Shown: positions 17,962-26,869 of the stretch, in pieces | Numbering within the stretch: position 1 is the first letter of the stretch | How the letters are laid out: every line of letters begins with the position of its first letter | Assembly: GCA_031409275.1 (NCBI GenBank) | Contig: JANNXA010000034.1 | Coordinates: 1 to 64,000, forward strand | Origin: Planctomycetota bacterium | GTDB lineage: Bacteria > Planctomycetota > B15-G4 > SIAN01 | Length of the DNA: 64,000 nucleotides | Reading direction: 5' to 3' | Position numbers and translations under genes: made by a program | Notes under the pieces: model-generated | The model's database searches: none | Seen by the model: only the letters and a program-made list of their open reading frames with translations | What the model was told of the DNA's origin: nothing

Positions 17962-19527
17962 TCACCCCGGCCCGAGCGGCCACCCCGCGGCCATCCAGAT
18001 CGCGAAGAGGATCGACCAGCTGATCAGGAAGGTGACGGAGTAAGGGAGCATCGTCGCGACCAGCGTGCCGATGCCCGCCTTCGGGTCGTAGCGCTGGAAG
18101 AAGGCGATGATCAGCGCGAAGTAGGTCATCATCGGCGAGATGACGTTGGTGCACGAATCGCCGATGCGATAGGCGCATTGCGTCACTTCGGGCGGGTAGC
18201 CGAGCAGCAGGAACATCGGCACGAAGACCGGCGCCATCAGCGCCCACTTGGCCGAGGCGCTGCCCATGAAGAGGTTGACGCCGGCGGTGAGGAAGATGAA
18301 CGTCACCAGCACCGGCGTGCCGCCGAGCCCTGACGCCTTCAACGCCTCGGCGCCCTTCACGGCGAGGATCAGCCCCAAATTGCTCCAGCCGAAGAAGGCG
18401 ACGAACTGCGCGGCGAAGAAGACCAGCACGAGGTAGCCGCCGAGCGACTGCATCGACTTCGCCATGCCGGCCATCACTTCGGCGTCGCTGCGGATGGTGC
18501 GCGCGGCGATGCCGTAGGCGAGTCCGGCGAGCGCGCCGGCGACGAAGATCAGCGTCACGATCCCCGACATGAAGGGCGAGTGGAGCAGGTCGCCGCTCTT
18601 CGGATCGCGCAGGAACCCGCTGGCCGGGATCGTGCCCCAGGCGACGATCAGCGCGAGCGCCGCCAGCACCACGCCAGCCGCCAGCAGCCCGCGCCGCTCG
18701 CGCGCGTCGAGCGGCCGCAACGCATCGGCGGCCTCCTTCATCGCGCCGCCGCTCGCTCCCTCGCCCGCGCCGCGATCCTGCCAGCGGCCGAGCCGCGGCT
18801 CGACCACCCGCTCGGTCACCAGCGTGCCGATCAGCGTCAGCAGGAAGGTCGACACGAACATGAAGTGGTAGTTGCAGGCAGGGTTCACGCGCGCGTCGGG
18901 CATGACGATGCGCGCCGCCTCCTGCGTCAGCCCGGAGAGGAGCGGATCGACGGTGCCGAGCAGCAGGTTCGCGCTGTAGCCGCCGGAGACGCCGGCGAAC
19001 GCGGCGGCCATGCCGGCGATCGGATGGCGGCCCGCGGCCTGGAAGATCAGCGCCGCCAACGGGATCAGCAACACGTAGCCGATCTCGCTGGCCATGTTCG
19101 ACATGACGCCCGCGAAGACGATCACCGTGGTCAGCAGCCGGCGCGGCGCGGACAGCACGAGCTTGCGCATCGCGACGCCGATCAGGCCGCTCGATTCGGC
19201 GATGCCGATGCCGAGCATCGCGACCAGCACGGTGCCAAGCGGCGCGAAGCCGGTGAAGTTGGTGACGCACTTCTCGAGGATGCGGTGGAGGCCGTCGCGG
19301 GTGAGCAGGCTCACCGGCAGGATCGTCTCGCCCGTCTTCGGGTGGAGCGCTGACAGGCCGGCGCGCGCCGCGAGGTCGGAGAGGAGCAGCACGCCGAGCG
19401 CGAAGAGCAGGAAGAGCGTGCCGGGATGCGGCAGCGCGTTGCCGCCGCGCTCGACGACGGCGAGGAAACGGTCCATCGCGCCGCGCGCCTTCGGGCGCGC
19501 CGCATCAGGGGGGAGTGCGGTAGCCAT
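17962..19527 (-). CDS. abgT: AbgT family transporter
   Basis: [55 protein letters not shown]. Start at 19527 lies 7 nt after TATGTT; alternative start 19539. Confidence 0.93.
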   Translation of the reverse strand: MATALPPDAARPKARGAMDRFLAVVERGGNALPHPGTLFLLFALGVLLLSDLAARAGLSALHPKTGETILPVSLLTRDGLHRILEKCVTNFTGFAPLGTVLVAMLGIGIAESSGLIGVAMRKLVLSAPRRLLTTVIVFAGVMSNMASEIGYVLLIPLAALIFQAAGRHPIAGMAAAFAGVSGGYSANLLLGTVDPLLSGLTQEAARIVMPDARVNPACNYHFMFVSTFLLTLIGTLVTERVVEPRLGRWQDRGAGEGASGGAMKEAADALRPLDARERRGLLAAGVVLAALALIVAWGTIPASGFLRDPKSGDLLHSPFMSGIVTLIFVAGALAGLAYGIAARTIRSDAEVMAGMAKSMQSLGGYLVLVFFAAQFVAFFGWSNLGLILAVKGAEALKASGLGGTPVLVTFIFLTAGVNLFMGSASAKWALMAPVFVPMFLLLGYPPEVTQCAYRIGDSCTNVISPMMTYFALIIAFFQRYDPKAGIGTLVATMLPYSVTFLISWSILFAIWMAAGWPLGPG

Positions 19528-19601
19528 GGGGTCGAACATACGGTGGCGGCGCGCCGCGTCATTGCCCGCCCCGCACCGCGCCGCTACGGTCTGCGGCCCT
19601 C

Positions 19602-20459
19602 ATGACGACTGCCACTGCACCTACGGGCGCGAAAGAGCGCCTGCGCTTCGACAACCTCGAGCAGCACCTGCTGCTGAAGAACGGCAACTACCTCTACAAG
19701 GTGCCGTTCCGCGGCGGCTTCGCGGTGCTGAAGGTCTATCAGGGCAGCCGCACCTGGTTCGACTACGCGCTGAAGACGTGCGGCAACGTGCTGGTCTGCA
19801 ACCAGACGTCGTTCATGCCGCGCGCGCGGCGGCGCACCGAACTCGACTGCTTGAAACTCTGGCGCGAGGCGGGCTTCCGCGTCTTCGGCCTCTACGAGGA
19901 CGTCGAGGTCGAAGGGATCGACCCGACGCTGTGGGCGCTCTACGAGTACGTGCCGCGGCCGAAGCTGGTCGACCTGCTCGGCAAGCGCGAGATCCCGCTG
20001 GCCGAGCGCCTGGCGCTGTGGCGCAACTTCCTGCCCCTCTGGCATCGCCGCCACGCGCTGGCGGTCAGCCGTGCCGAGCCGCGCCTCGTCCACGAGAACG
20101 GCGACCTGAAGCACATCATGGTGCTGGAGGATGGCGGCTACCTGCAGTTCGACTTCGAGATGGTCTTCCGCTCGAAGACGCGCGTGAAGGAGTTCGTCGC
20201 GCGCGAGATCCTGTCGTTCCTGAAGAGCCTCGGGAAGACGGTCGGGGAGCAGGACTTCGCCGTGTTCATGGAGGAGACGGTCCGCCACTATCCGGACCAC
20301 GATCTCCTGCGCTACACGCACGCCTTCGCCTTCGCCAATCCGAACCTGGTCCTTCGCCTCGCGCGCGCCATCGACCGCCGCATCAAGCCGCGCGCGCAGA
20401 AGCCTTTCTCGAAGTACAACGTTGCCCGCCGACTCGCGCACGCCCTCGCGGGACGCTGA
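19602..20459 (+). CDS. Protein-kinase-like fold enzyme (Kdo/WaaP/InaA LPS-kinase-like), atypical catalytic loop
   Basis: VLKVY, RRRTE, LWREAGFRV, HENGDLKHIMV, FDFE. Confidence 0.65.
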   Translation: MTTATAPTGAKERLRFDNLEQHLLLKNGNYLYKVPFRGGFAVLKVYQGSRTWFDYALKTCGNVLVCNQTSFMPRARRRTELDCLKLWREAGFRVFGLYEDVEVEGIDPTLWALYEYVPRPKLVDLLGKREIPLAERLALWRNFLPLWHRRHALAVSRAEPRLVHENGDLKHIMVLEDGGYLQFDFEMVFRSKTRVKEFVAREILSFLKSLGKTVGEQDFAVFMEETVRHYPDHDLLRYTHAFAFANPNLVLRLARAIDRRIKPRAQKPFSKYNVARRLAHALAGR

Positions 20460-21372
20460 CGCGCATCCGCGCGACCCGTGGCTCGGGGCGAAGCCTCGCG
20501 AGCGCGTGACGCTGCACGGCCTCGACGGCGAAGTGCTCGCGCGCAGCGCGCGCGGCGATGGCCGCCACCTCGTGCTGAAGATCTCGCTTCACGGCGTGCC
20601 GGCGGTGCTGAAGCTCTACGGCCGCAAGCGCGATTGGCTGAAGGACACGCTGCGCGACATCGGCCACCGCTGGCTGCTGGGCAAGACCGGCATGACGGCG
20701 CGCGCTCGCTGGACGACGGAACGCGAGACGCTCGCGCTGTGGCGCCGCCACGGTTTCGACGTGCCGGCCGAGTTGCAGCTGCCGCTGCCGGCCGCGGTGC
20801 CGCCGATGCGCCTGCTCTCCGTCTTCGTGCCCGGAAAGCCGCTCTACCTCGCCATCGAGCACGAGACGTTGCCGCTCGCGGAGAAGGAGCGGTTGATCGC
20901 GTGGCTCGCCGCCGATTGGGGCCGCCGCCACACGCTCGCGCTGCAGCTCGTCGAGCCGCGCCTGGTGCAATCTCACGCGATGCTGGCCCACGTCTTCCAC
21001 GTTGCGCCGGGCGCCGAGGCACCCGACAGCGCCGAGCGCCTGGTCACCTTCGATTTCGAGGTGGCGTGGGCGCGCCGCTCGGCCCTGCCGCGCCTGGTCA
21101 GCCTCGAGATCGCGCAGCTCTTCGATTCGATCGCACGCTGGGCGCCGGTCGACCACATCGGGCCGCTGATCGCCGCCTTCGCGCGCGGCTATCCCGATCG
21201 GGCGCGCCTGGCGCGAGTGGTCGAGGACGTGCAGCGCGGCCGATTGCCGTTGTTCGCCTGGATCTCGCGCCTTGGATTGCAACTGCGTGAGCGTGGGCCG
21301 CGTCGCAAGCTCGCCGTGCTGCACCATCTGCAGGCGGCGCTGGCGATCCCGAATTCGGAGAAAAGGGCATGA
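20422..21372 (+). CDS. Paralog of the preceding kinase-like protein, probable pseudokinase
   Basis: VLKLY, RWTTERETL, LWRRHGFDV, W.RRH.LA...EPRLV shared with the neighbour; loop QSHAMLAHVF; FDFE. Start uncertain (TTG 20422 or GTG 20506). Confidence 0.6.
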   Translation: MPADSRTPSRDADAHPRDPWLGAKPRERVTLHGLDGEVLARSARGDGRHLVLKISLHGVPAVLKLYGRKRDWLKDTLRDIGHRWLLGKTGMTARARWTTERETLALWRRHGFDVPAELQLPLPAAVPPMRLLSVFVPGKPLYLAIEHETLPLAEKERLIAWLAADWGRRHTLALQLVEPRLVQSHAMLAHVFHVAPGAEAPDSAERLVTFDFEVAWARRSALPRLVSLEIAQLFDSIARWAPVDHIGPLIAAFARGYPDRARLARVVEDVQRGRLPLFAWISRLGLQLRERGPRRKLAVLHHLQAALAIPNSEKRA

Positions 21373-22688
21373 CGGTGGCGAAGCGGATGGTGAGTCGGCT
21401 GGGTTCATGGGCGGCGTGGCTGCTGCTGGCGGGGCCCGCAGCCGCGGCGCAAGAGTCGTCATCGACCCAGGCGGCGCCCGCCGACCCCGACCACGAGTGG
21501 GAGCGCGCGCTCCTGATCCGGATCGGCGACAGCGACGGCGCCCGTGAGGCGTCGCTGCACTTCGGCGGCCGCTTCGCGCTCGACCTCACGCGGTGGGATC
21601 GACGCAACTCGAACCACAGCGGCTTCGACCTCGCGGCGTTGCGCCCCCTCTTCGAAGCCGACGTCGGCGGCCGCTCGCAACTGCGCGCCGAGCTCGATCT
21701 AGTCGGCGTCGACAGCAAGCGTCACAGCTTCGATCTGTGGATGCGCCAGGAGTTCGGTCGCCACCTCGCCTTGCAGGTCGGGCAGATCCGAGTCGCGATG
21801 GGCAGCGAGTACGCCACGCGCGAGGAGAACCTGCCCCTGGTCGGCTACGGCTTCACTTCCTACCTGACCGGCCGCTACGACCTTGGCGCGCGCGCCACCG
21901 TCGATGTCGCCGACGACGCGCTGCACGGCGAAGTGGCGGCGACTCTGGGCAGCGGCTTCGGGCTCGAAGGCGAAGGCAAGGACGATCCGCTGCTGATGGG
22001 TCGCATGACCCTCGAGCCGCTGCACGCACTCGAGGTCGAGTGGCTGCGCGGCCTCTACGTCGGCGCCGCCGTGGCGTTCCAGCCGCGTTTTCGCGACGAG
22101 CTGCGCGTCAACACTCCGTTGCAGTCGACCGTCTTCACCACCGGCGACCTGCACGCCGATCGCGCGGCGTGGGGGCTGATCGAGGCGGGCTGGCGCTACG
22201 GGCCGATGCGGGTCGGTTTCGAGGGGGTGCGCGGGGTGCTGGACAACGTCGACGTGCCCGGGCCGGGCGTGAAGGACATGGACGAGCTCTTCGCGTGGAC
22301 CGCCACCGCGTCGGTGCTGTTGTCGGGTGACCGCGTGACCTGGAGTCGCGGGCGCTGGGGACCCTACGCGCGGCGCGCGGCGCGCATCGAGCCGGCGCAG
22401 GACGCTTTCACGGCGCTGCGCGTGCGCGGCGTCGATGGGCCGATCGAACTCGCGGTCCGCTACAGCAACGCCGATCTCGACCGCGACCTCTTCCGCAACG
22501 GATTGGCGACCTTCGATCCCTCGACGCAGGAAGTGCGCACCTTCAGCGTGAACCTCCTGTTCCACCTCGCGCCCGGCACGCGCTTCCAGGTCGGCGGCGT
22601 GCGGACGATCGCGGACGACGACCTGTCGACCTTCGGCGGCGCCAATCGCGACACGTCGCTGGTCGCGCGCTTCGAGGTCGACTTTTGA
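21369..22688 (+). CDS. OprO/OprP-like (phosphate-selective) outer-membrane porin
   Basis: Signal peptide, amphipathic beta strands, LQVGQIRVAMG.E, YDLG, ELAVRYS.ADLD, C-terminal F (ARFEVDF); ATGA overlap with the upstream gene. Confidence 0.78.
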   Translation: MTVAKRMVSRLGSWAAWLLLAGPAAAAQESSSTQAAPADPDHEWERALLIRIGDSDGAREASLHFGGRFALDLTRWDRRNSNHSGFDLAALRPLFEADVGGRSQLRAELDLVGVDSKRHSFDLWMRQEFGRHLALQVGQIRVAMGSEYATREENLPLVGYGFTSYLTGRYDLGARATVDVADDALHGEVAATLGSGFGLEGEGKDDPLLMGRMTLEPLHALEVEWLRGLYVGAAVAFQPRFRDELRVNTPLQSTVFTTGDLHADRAAWGLIEAGWRYGPMRVGFEGVRGVLDNVDVPGPGVKDMDELFAWTATASVLLSGDRVTWSRGRWGPYARRAARIEPAQDAFTALRVRGVDGPIELAVRYSNADLDRDLFRNGLATFDPSTQEVRTFSVNLLFHLAPGTRFQVGGVRTIADDDLSTFGGANRDTSLVARFEVDF

Positions 22689-22848
22689 GAGCCCCTGACG
22701 GGATGCCCGCTGCGGTCGGCCGGCTGCGGCCACCCCGGACTTCGTCGACCTCCATCGGCAACTCCATTGGAGTCGCCTGCTTCGGTCTCCTCGCCCGAGG
22801 CGCCCTCGCTCGGCCTTGGTGCAACGCGTTCATCCTGTCGGGGACTCG
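22689..22848. mobile_element. MITE-like fold-back element A (about 160 bp)
   Basis: 17-bp imperfect terminal inverted repeats gagcccctgacgggatg (22689-22705) and catcctgtcggggactc (22831-22847); flanked by TTGA on both sides (22685-22688, 22849-22852); fully nested internal stems. Confidence 0.65.
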
Positions 22849-22853
22849 TTGAG

Positions 22854-23849
22854 ATGGCGTTCCAGCGGACGCGCGTGAAGTGGCGGCGCCACTGGCTCGC
22901 GCTCCGTGCGGCGATGCGGCGGCCGGCCATCGCGGCGGCGGCGCGGCGCGCGGCGCCCGGCATGCATCGGATCGTGGTGCCGCCGCGCGTGCTCGACACC
23001 TACGAGGAGACGGCGGGCGGCATCGCCGACGGCTTCCGCGCGCTGGGCCGTGACGCGGTGGTCGAGTGCGTCGAGCGCCTCGAGCAGTTGGCGCCGCAGA
23101 AGCCCGGCGATCGCGTCCTCGTCTTCGGTGCGCATCGCTACGAGCCGTGGCAGCCGGCGGCCGGCGTGCTGCTGGTGGGCGTCAACGTCGAGCAGTACCC
23201 GCCCGACTGGACGCCGCACGGCACGTCGGTGGTGCACATGGCGAAGACCGACCGCTTCCTCGCCGGCTGCCATTTGCTGCTCGAATGCAACGAGTGCCTG
23301 CTCGAAGAGTCGGCGCGATTGGGGCGGCCGGCAGCTGGAGTCCTGCCGTTCGCCTACACGCCGCGCTTCGATGCCGGCCTCGCGCCGCTCGCGCGGCCGC
23401 GCTTCGAGATCGCCTTCCTCGGCCGGCCAGGCGAGGGGCGGCGCAAGGAGGCGCTGGCTCGGCTCGGCGCACGCTTCAAGCTCGCGCCGGCCACCGTCGC
23501 GTGGGGGCGCGCGCGCGGCGAGTTCCTGCGCAGCGCGCCGATCCAGTTGAACCTCCATCAAGGCGAGGCGGCGGTGCTCGAAAGCCATCGCTTCGCGCTC
23601 TGTCTCGCCAATGGCGCGTTCGTGTTGAGCGAGCCGCTGCCGCCGAGCGCCCCGTTTCGCGCCGGCGTCCACTACGCGGCCGCGCCGCTTGCGGAGTGGG
23701 ACGCCGCGATCGCCTCCTGGCTGGCGCGGCCGGACGAGCGCGCGCGCATCGCTGCGGAAGGTCGCCGCTTCCTGCGCGAGGAGTACGCCTATCCGCAGGC
23801 GCTCGCGCGGCTGTTGCCGGTGCTCGATGCGGCGGCGGCGCAGCGCTGA
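22854..23849 (+). CDS. Glycosyltransferase (GT-B, CgeB/Glyco_trans_1_2-like)
   Basis: EIAFLG...RR, IQLNLH, ESHR...LANGAFVLSE, F.AGVHY, ERARIAAEGRR. Confidence 0.75.
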   Translation: MAFQRTRVKWRRHWLALRAAMRRPAIAAAARRAAPGMHRIVVPPRVLDTYEETAGGIADGFRALGRDAVVECVERLEQLAPQKPGDRVLVFGAHRYEPWQPAAGVLLVGVNVEQYPPDWTPHGTSVVHMAKTDRFLAGCHLLLECNECLLEESARLGRPAAGVLPFAYTPRFDAGLAPLARPRFEIAFLGRPGEGRRKEALARLGARFKLAPATVAWGRARGEFLRSAPIQLNLHQGEAAVLESHRFALCLANGAFVLSEPLPPSAPFRAGVHYAAAPLAEWDAAIASWLARPDERARIAAEGRRFLREEYAYPQALARLLPVLDAAAAQR

Positions 23850-24008
23850 GCGATCGGCCGGTCGAGCGGGCCGCGCGCGAATCTTTCTCCGCATTCCTTG
23901 CGCAGTGGTCGCCAGCCATCGAGCGCCGCCGCTGGAAGCGTCGATCGGTTCGTCGATGCCGCATGGGGATGCGGCGACCCGACCGCACTTCATCAGGGTG
24001 GGACAACG

Positions 24009-26852
24009 ATGACGCAGTTCGAGGATCGCGACCTGACGGCCCGCGCGTGGACGAAGGCTCTGGCCTTCGCGGGGCTCGTGACGCTCTATGCATGCGGCGG
24101 CGGTGGCGGTGGCGGGGGAGGAGGAGGCGGCGGCGGTTCGAGCGGCGTGCTCCCGTCCGCGGCGTTGACCACCATCGTCGTGACCCCCGATACCGGGCTC
24201 GCAGCCGACGACACTGACACTGCCACGATCGTCGTCGTGGTGCGCGACACGGACGGCCTCTTGCTGCCCGACGTCGAGGTGGAGATCGCCGCGACCGGCA
24301 GCGGCAACTCGATCACGCAACCCGCCTTGCCGAGCAACCCCAGCGGTGTCGTCGCGGCCGGGCTGACTTCGAGCGCGGCGGGCGCGAAGACGCTCACCAT
24401 CACGCTCGATCCCGATGGCGCCGCCATCGTCTGCAGCGACCACCCGGTGGTTCGCTTCGGTCCGCAGGCGACGGTGCTCGGCGCGGCACGCTTCCTCGAC
24501 ACCGACGGCAACGGCCTCTGCGACGTCGGCGACGAGCTGATCGTCGGCTTCGATGATGACGTCAGCTGCGGCAGCTCGTCCGCGGCAGCGTTCGCGACCG
24601 CGGTCACCGACGACACGCTCGGCACCGGCGCGACGATGGCCGATGGCCCCGAATCGAACGAAGTCACCATCACGCTCGGCACCAGTCCGAAGCTGCGCAC
24701 CCGGCAGGAGTTCGACGACGGCAACGTCGTCAGCGGCGCGCCGTCCGGCATCGACATCAGCGGTTCGATCGCCGATGGCGCGATCGTCGACCTCACCAGC
24801 GGCCAGACGGTCGTGGCCGCGGCCGCCGTCGATGTGGTGGCAGGGTTCCAGGTGCTGGCCAACGGTCTCGGCGCCCATCGCAGCCTCGCGCAAGCGGCGG
24901 CCGACATCGATGGCGACGGCGACCTCGACCTCGCGCTCGTCAGCCACCTGCGTGCGGTCACGATCTGGACGAACGACGGCAGCGGGGTCTTCACCAACAC
25001 CCTGCAGGACCTCGACATCGGCGATTGCCTCTCGTTTGGCGACCTCGATGGCGACGGCGCCGCCGACCTCGTGGTCGGCGTGACCGGCGGCCCCGACACG
25101 ATCTGGATCAACGACGGCGGCGGCACCTTCACGGTCAGCAGCGAGACGCTCGGCAACGAGACGACGGTGACGGTGCTTTGCGCCGACCTCGATGGCGACG
25201 GCGACGTCGACGTGCTCGAGGGCAACCTGTTCGACGACGACGAGATCTACCTGAACGACGGCACGGCGGCATTCACGGCCGCCGGCTCCGGCTTCGCCAG
25301 CGGCGGCACGATGAGCGTCGCGGTGGCCGACGCGGACGGCGATGGCGACCTCGACTGGTTCGCGGGCGGGCTCTTCACGGGCGTCGCGTACTGGCGCAAC
25401 GACGGCGGCGTTTGGAACGGCGGCGCGACCATCGGAGCGATGGTGGCGGAGGCGATCGACGCCTACGACTACGACTACGACGGCGACGTCGACCTCGCCA
25501 TCTCGGTCCTCACCGACCCGATCCAGATCTGGGAGAACGACGGCAACGGCGTCTTCACGGTGACCGCGGCCGCACTCGGCGAGCCCAACGCGCGCAACCT
25601 CTGGTTCGTCGACCACGACTCCGACGGCGATGCCGACCTCATCTGCGGCACCGACACCGGTGTGCGAGTTTTCGAAGGCGATGGCATCGGCGCGCTCTTC
25701 GACAGCGGCCGGCTCTACGAAGGCAACGCGTTGCACTCGATGGTGGTGGCCGACTTCGATCGCGACGGCGACGTCGACGTGCTCGGCGGCAACTTCGCGA
25801 CGTCCGACCAGGTCTACGAAGGGTCGCGCACCGGCACCTTCGGCGCCCCGTCCTACACCCAGTCGTCGGAGGCGCTCGGCAACGACGACACGCGAGCGCT
25901 GGTTCGCGGCGACTTCGACGGCGACCGTGCGCTCGACTTCATCGAGGGAGCGTACGGCAGCGACTGCGTCGTGTGGCTCGGAGCGAACGACGGGACCTTC
26001 AGCGCCGGCGACAGCTTCGGCAGCGACACTACCAGCAGCCTCGCGGTCGGCGATCTCGACGTCGACGGCGACCTCGACCTCGTGCAGGGCGTCGGCAACT
26101 CCGGCGCGACGGCGATCTGGCTCAACGACGGCAGCGGAGCCTTCACCGCGACCGTGCAGACCTTCGGCCCCTACAACACCGAGGCGGTCGCGCTCGGCGA
26201 CGTCGACGGCGATGGTGACCTCGACCTCGCGCTCGGGATCTACTCGAGCGGCAACCGCGTGCTGCTGAACGACGGCAGCGCCGCGTTCACCGACACGGCG
26301 CAGTCGCTCGGCACGGCCGACACGACCGACCTGCTCTTCAGCGACCTCGACGGCGACGGCGACCTCGACCTGGTCGAGGCGGCGGCCGGCACCGACGACG
26401 AGGTGACCTGGGAGAACGATGGCGCTGGCGTCTTCACCGTCCTGGAGACGGCCGACGCCGGCAACTCGACCTGCGTCGTCGCGTTCGACGTCGACGGCGA
26501 CCTCGACGTCGACCTCGTCTTCGGCAACGACGGCGGCGGCAACACGGTCTTCGTGAACGATGGCACCGGCGCCTTCTCCGACAGCGGCCAGGCGCTCGGC
26601 AACACTGCGACCACCGCGATCGCGCCCTACGACGTCGATGGCGACGGCGACGTCGACTTCGTCGCGAGTTCGAGCTCGGTCGGCCTGCAGGTGTGGCAGA
26701 ACGATGGCGCCGGCGTCTTCACCTTGGCGCTCACGTTCGGCGGCGCGTCGACCTATGCGCTCCTCGTCGAGGACCTCGAAGACGACGGCGATCCCGACGT
26801 GATCGCGGGCGACTCGGGCAGCGACCCGGTCCGCGTCCACCTGCACGACTGA
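24009..26852 (+). CDS. Surface lipoprotein: poly-Gly linker, invasin-type Ig domain, 14 FG-GAP/VCBS repeats
   Basis: LYAC followed by a Gly tract; ADDTDTATIVVVVRD Big_1-like domain; 14 DxDxDGDxD-like motifs with W/LxNDG.G.F spacers. Confidence 0.88.
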   Translation: MTQFEDRDLTARAWTKALAFAGLVTLYACGGGGGGGGGGGGGGSSGVLPSAALTTIVVTPDTGLAADDTDTATIVVVVRDTDGLLLPDVEVEIAATGSGNSITQPALPSNPSGVVAAGLTSSAAGAKTLTITLDPDGAAIVCSDHPVVRFGPQATVLGAARFLDTDGNGLCDVGDELIVGFDDDVSCGSSSAAAFATAVTDDTLGTGATMADGPESNEVTITLGTSPKLRTRQEFDDGNVVSGAPSGIDISGSIADGAIVDLTSGQTVVAAAAVDVVAGFQVLANGLGAHRSLAQAAADIDGDGDLDLALVSHLRAVTIWTNDGSGVFTNTLQDLDIGDCLSFGDLDGDGAADLVVGVTGGPDTIWINDGGGTFTVSSETLGNETTVTVLCADLDGDGDVDVLEGNLFDDDEIYLNDGTAAFTAAGSGFASGGTMSVAVADADGDGDLDWFAGGLFTGVAYWRNDGGVWNGGATIGAMVAEAIDAYDYDYDGDVDLAISVLTDPIQIWENDGNGVFTVTAAALGEPNARNLWFVDHDSDGDADLICGTDTGVRVFEGDGIGALFDSGRLYEGNALHSMVVADFDRDGDVDVLGGNFATSDQVYEGSRTGTFGAPSYTQSSEALGNDDTRALVRGDFDGDRALDFIEGAYGSDCVVWLGANDGTFSAGDSFGSDTTSSLAVGDLDVDGDLDLVQGVGNSGATAIWLNDGSGAFTATVQTFGPYNTEAVALGDVDGDGDLDLALGIYSSGNRVLLNDGSAAFTDTAQSLGTADTTDLLFSDLDGDGDLDLVEAAAGTDDEVTWENDGAGVFTVLETADAGNSTCVVAFDVDGDLDVDLVFGNDGGGNTVFVNDGTGAFSDSGQALGNTATTAIAPYDVDGDGDVDFVASSSSVGLQVWQNDGAGVFTLALTFGGASTYALLVEDLEDDGDPDVIAGDSGSDPVRVHLHD

Positions 26853-26869
26853 CCGGGGGCCGGCTCGCG

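Noticed and set aside
22830..26846. 1338-aa minus-strand ORF
   Set aside because: Antisense shadow of the glycosyltransferase and FG-GAP genes; no motifs, and long stop-free antisense frames are expected at this GC and codon bias.
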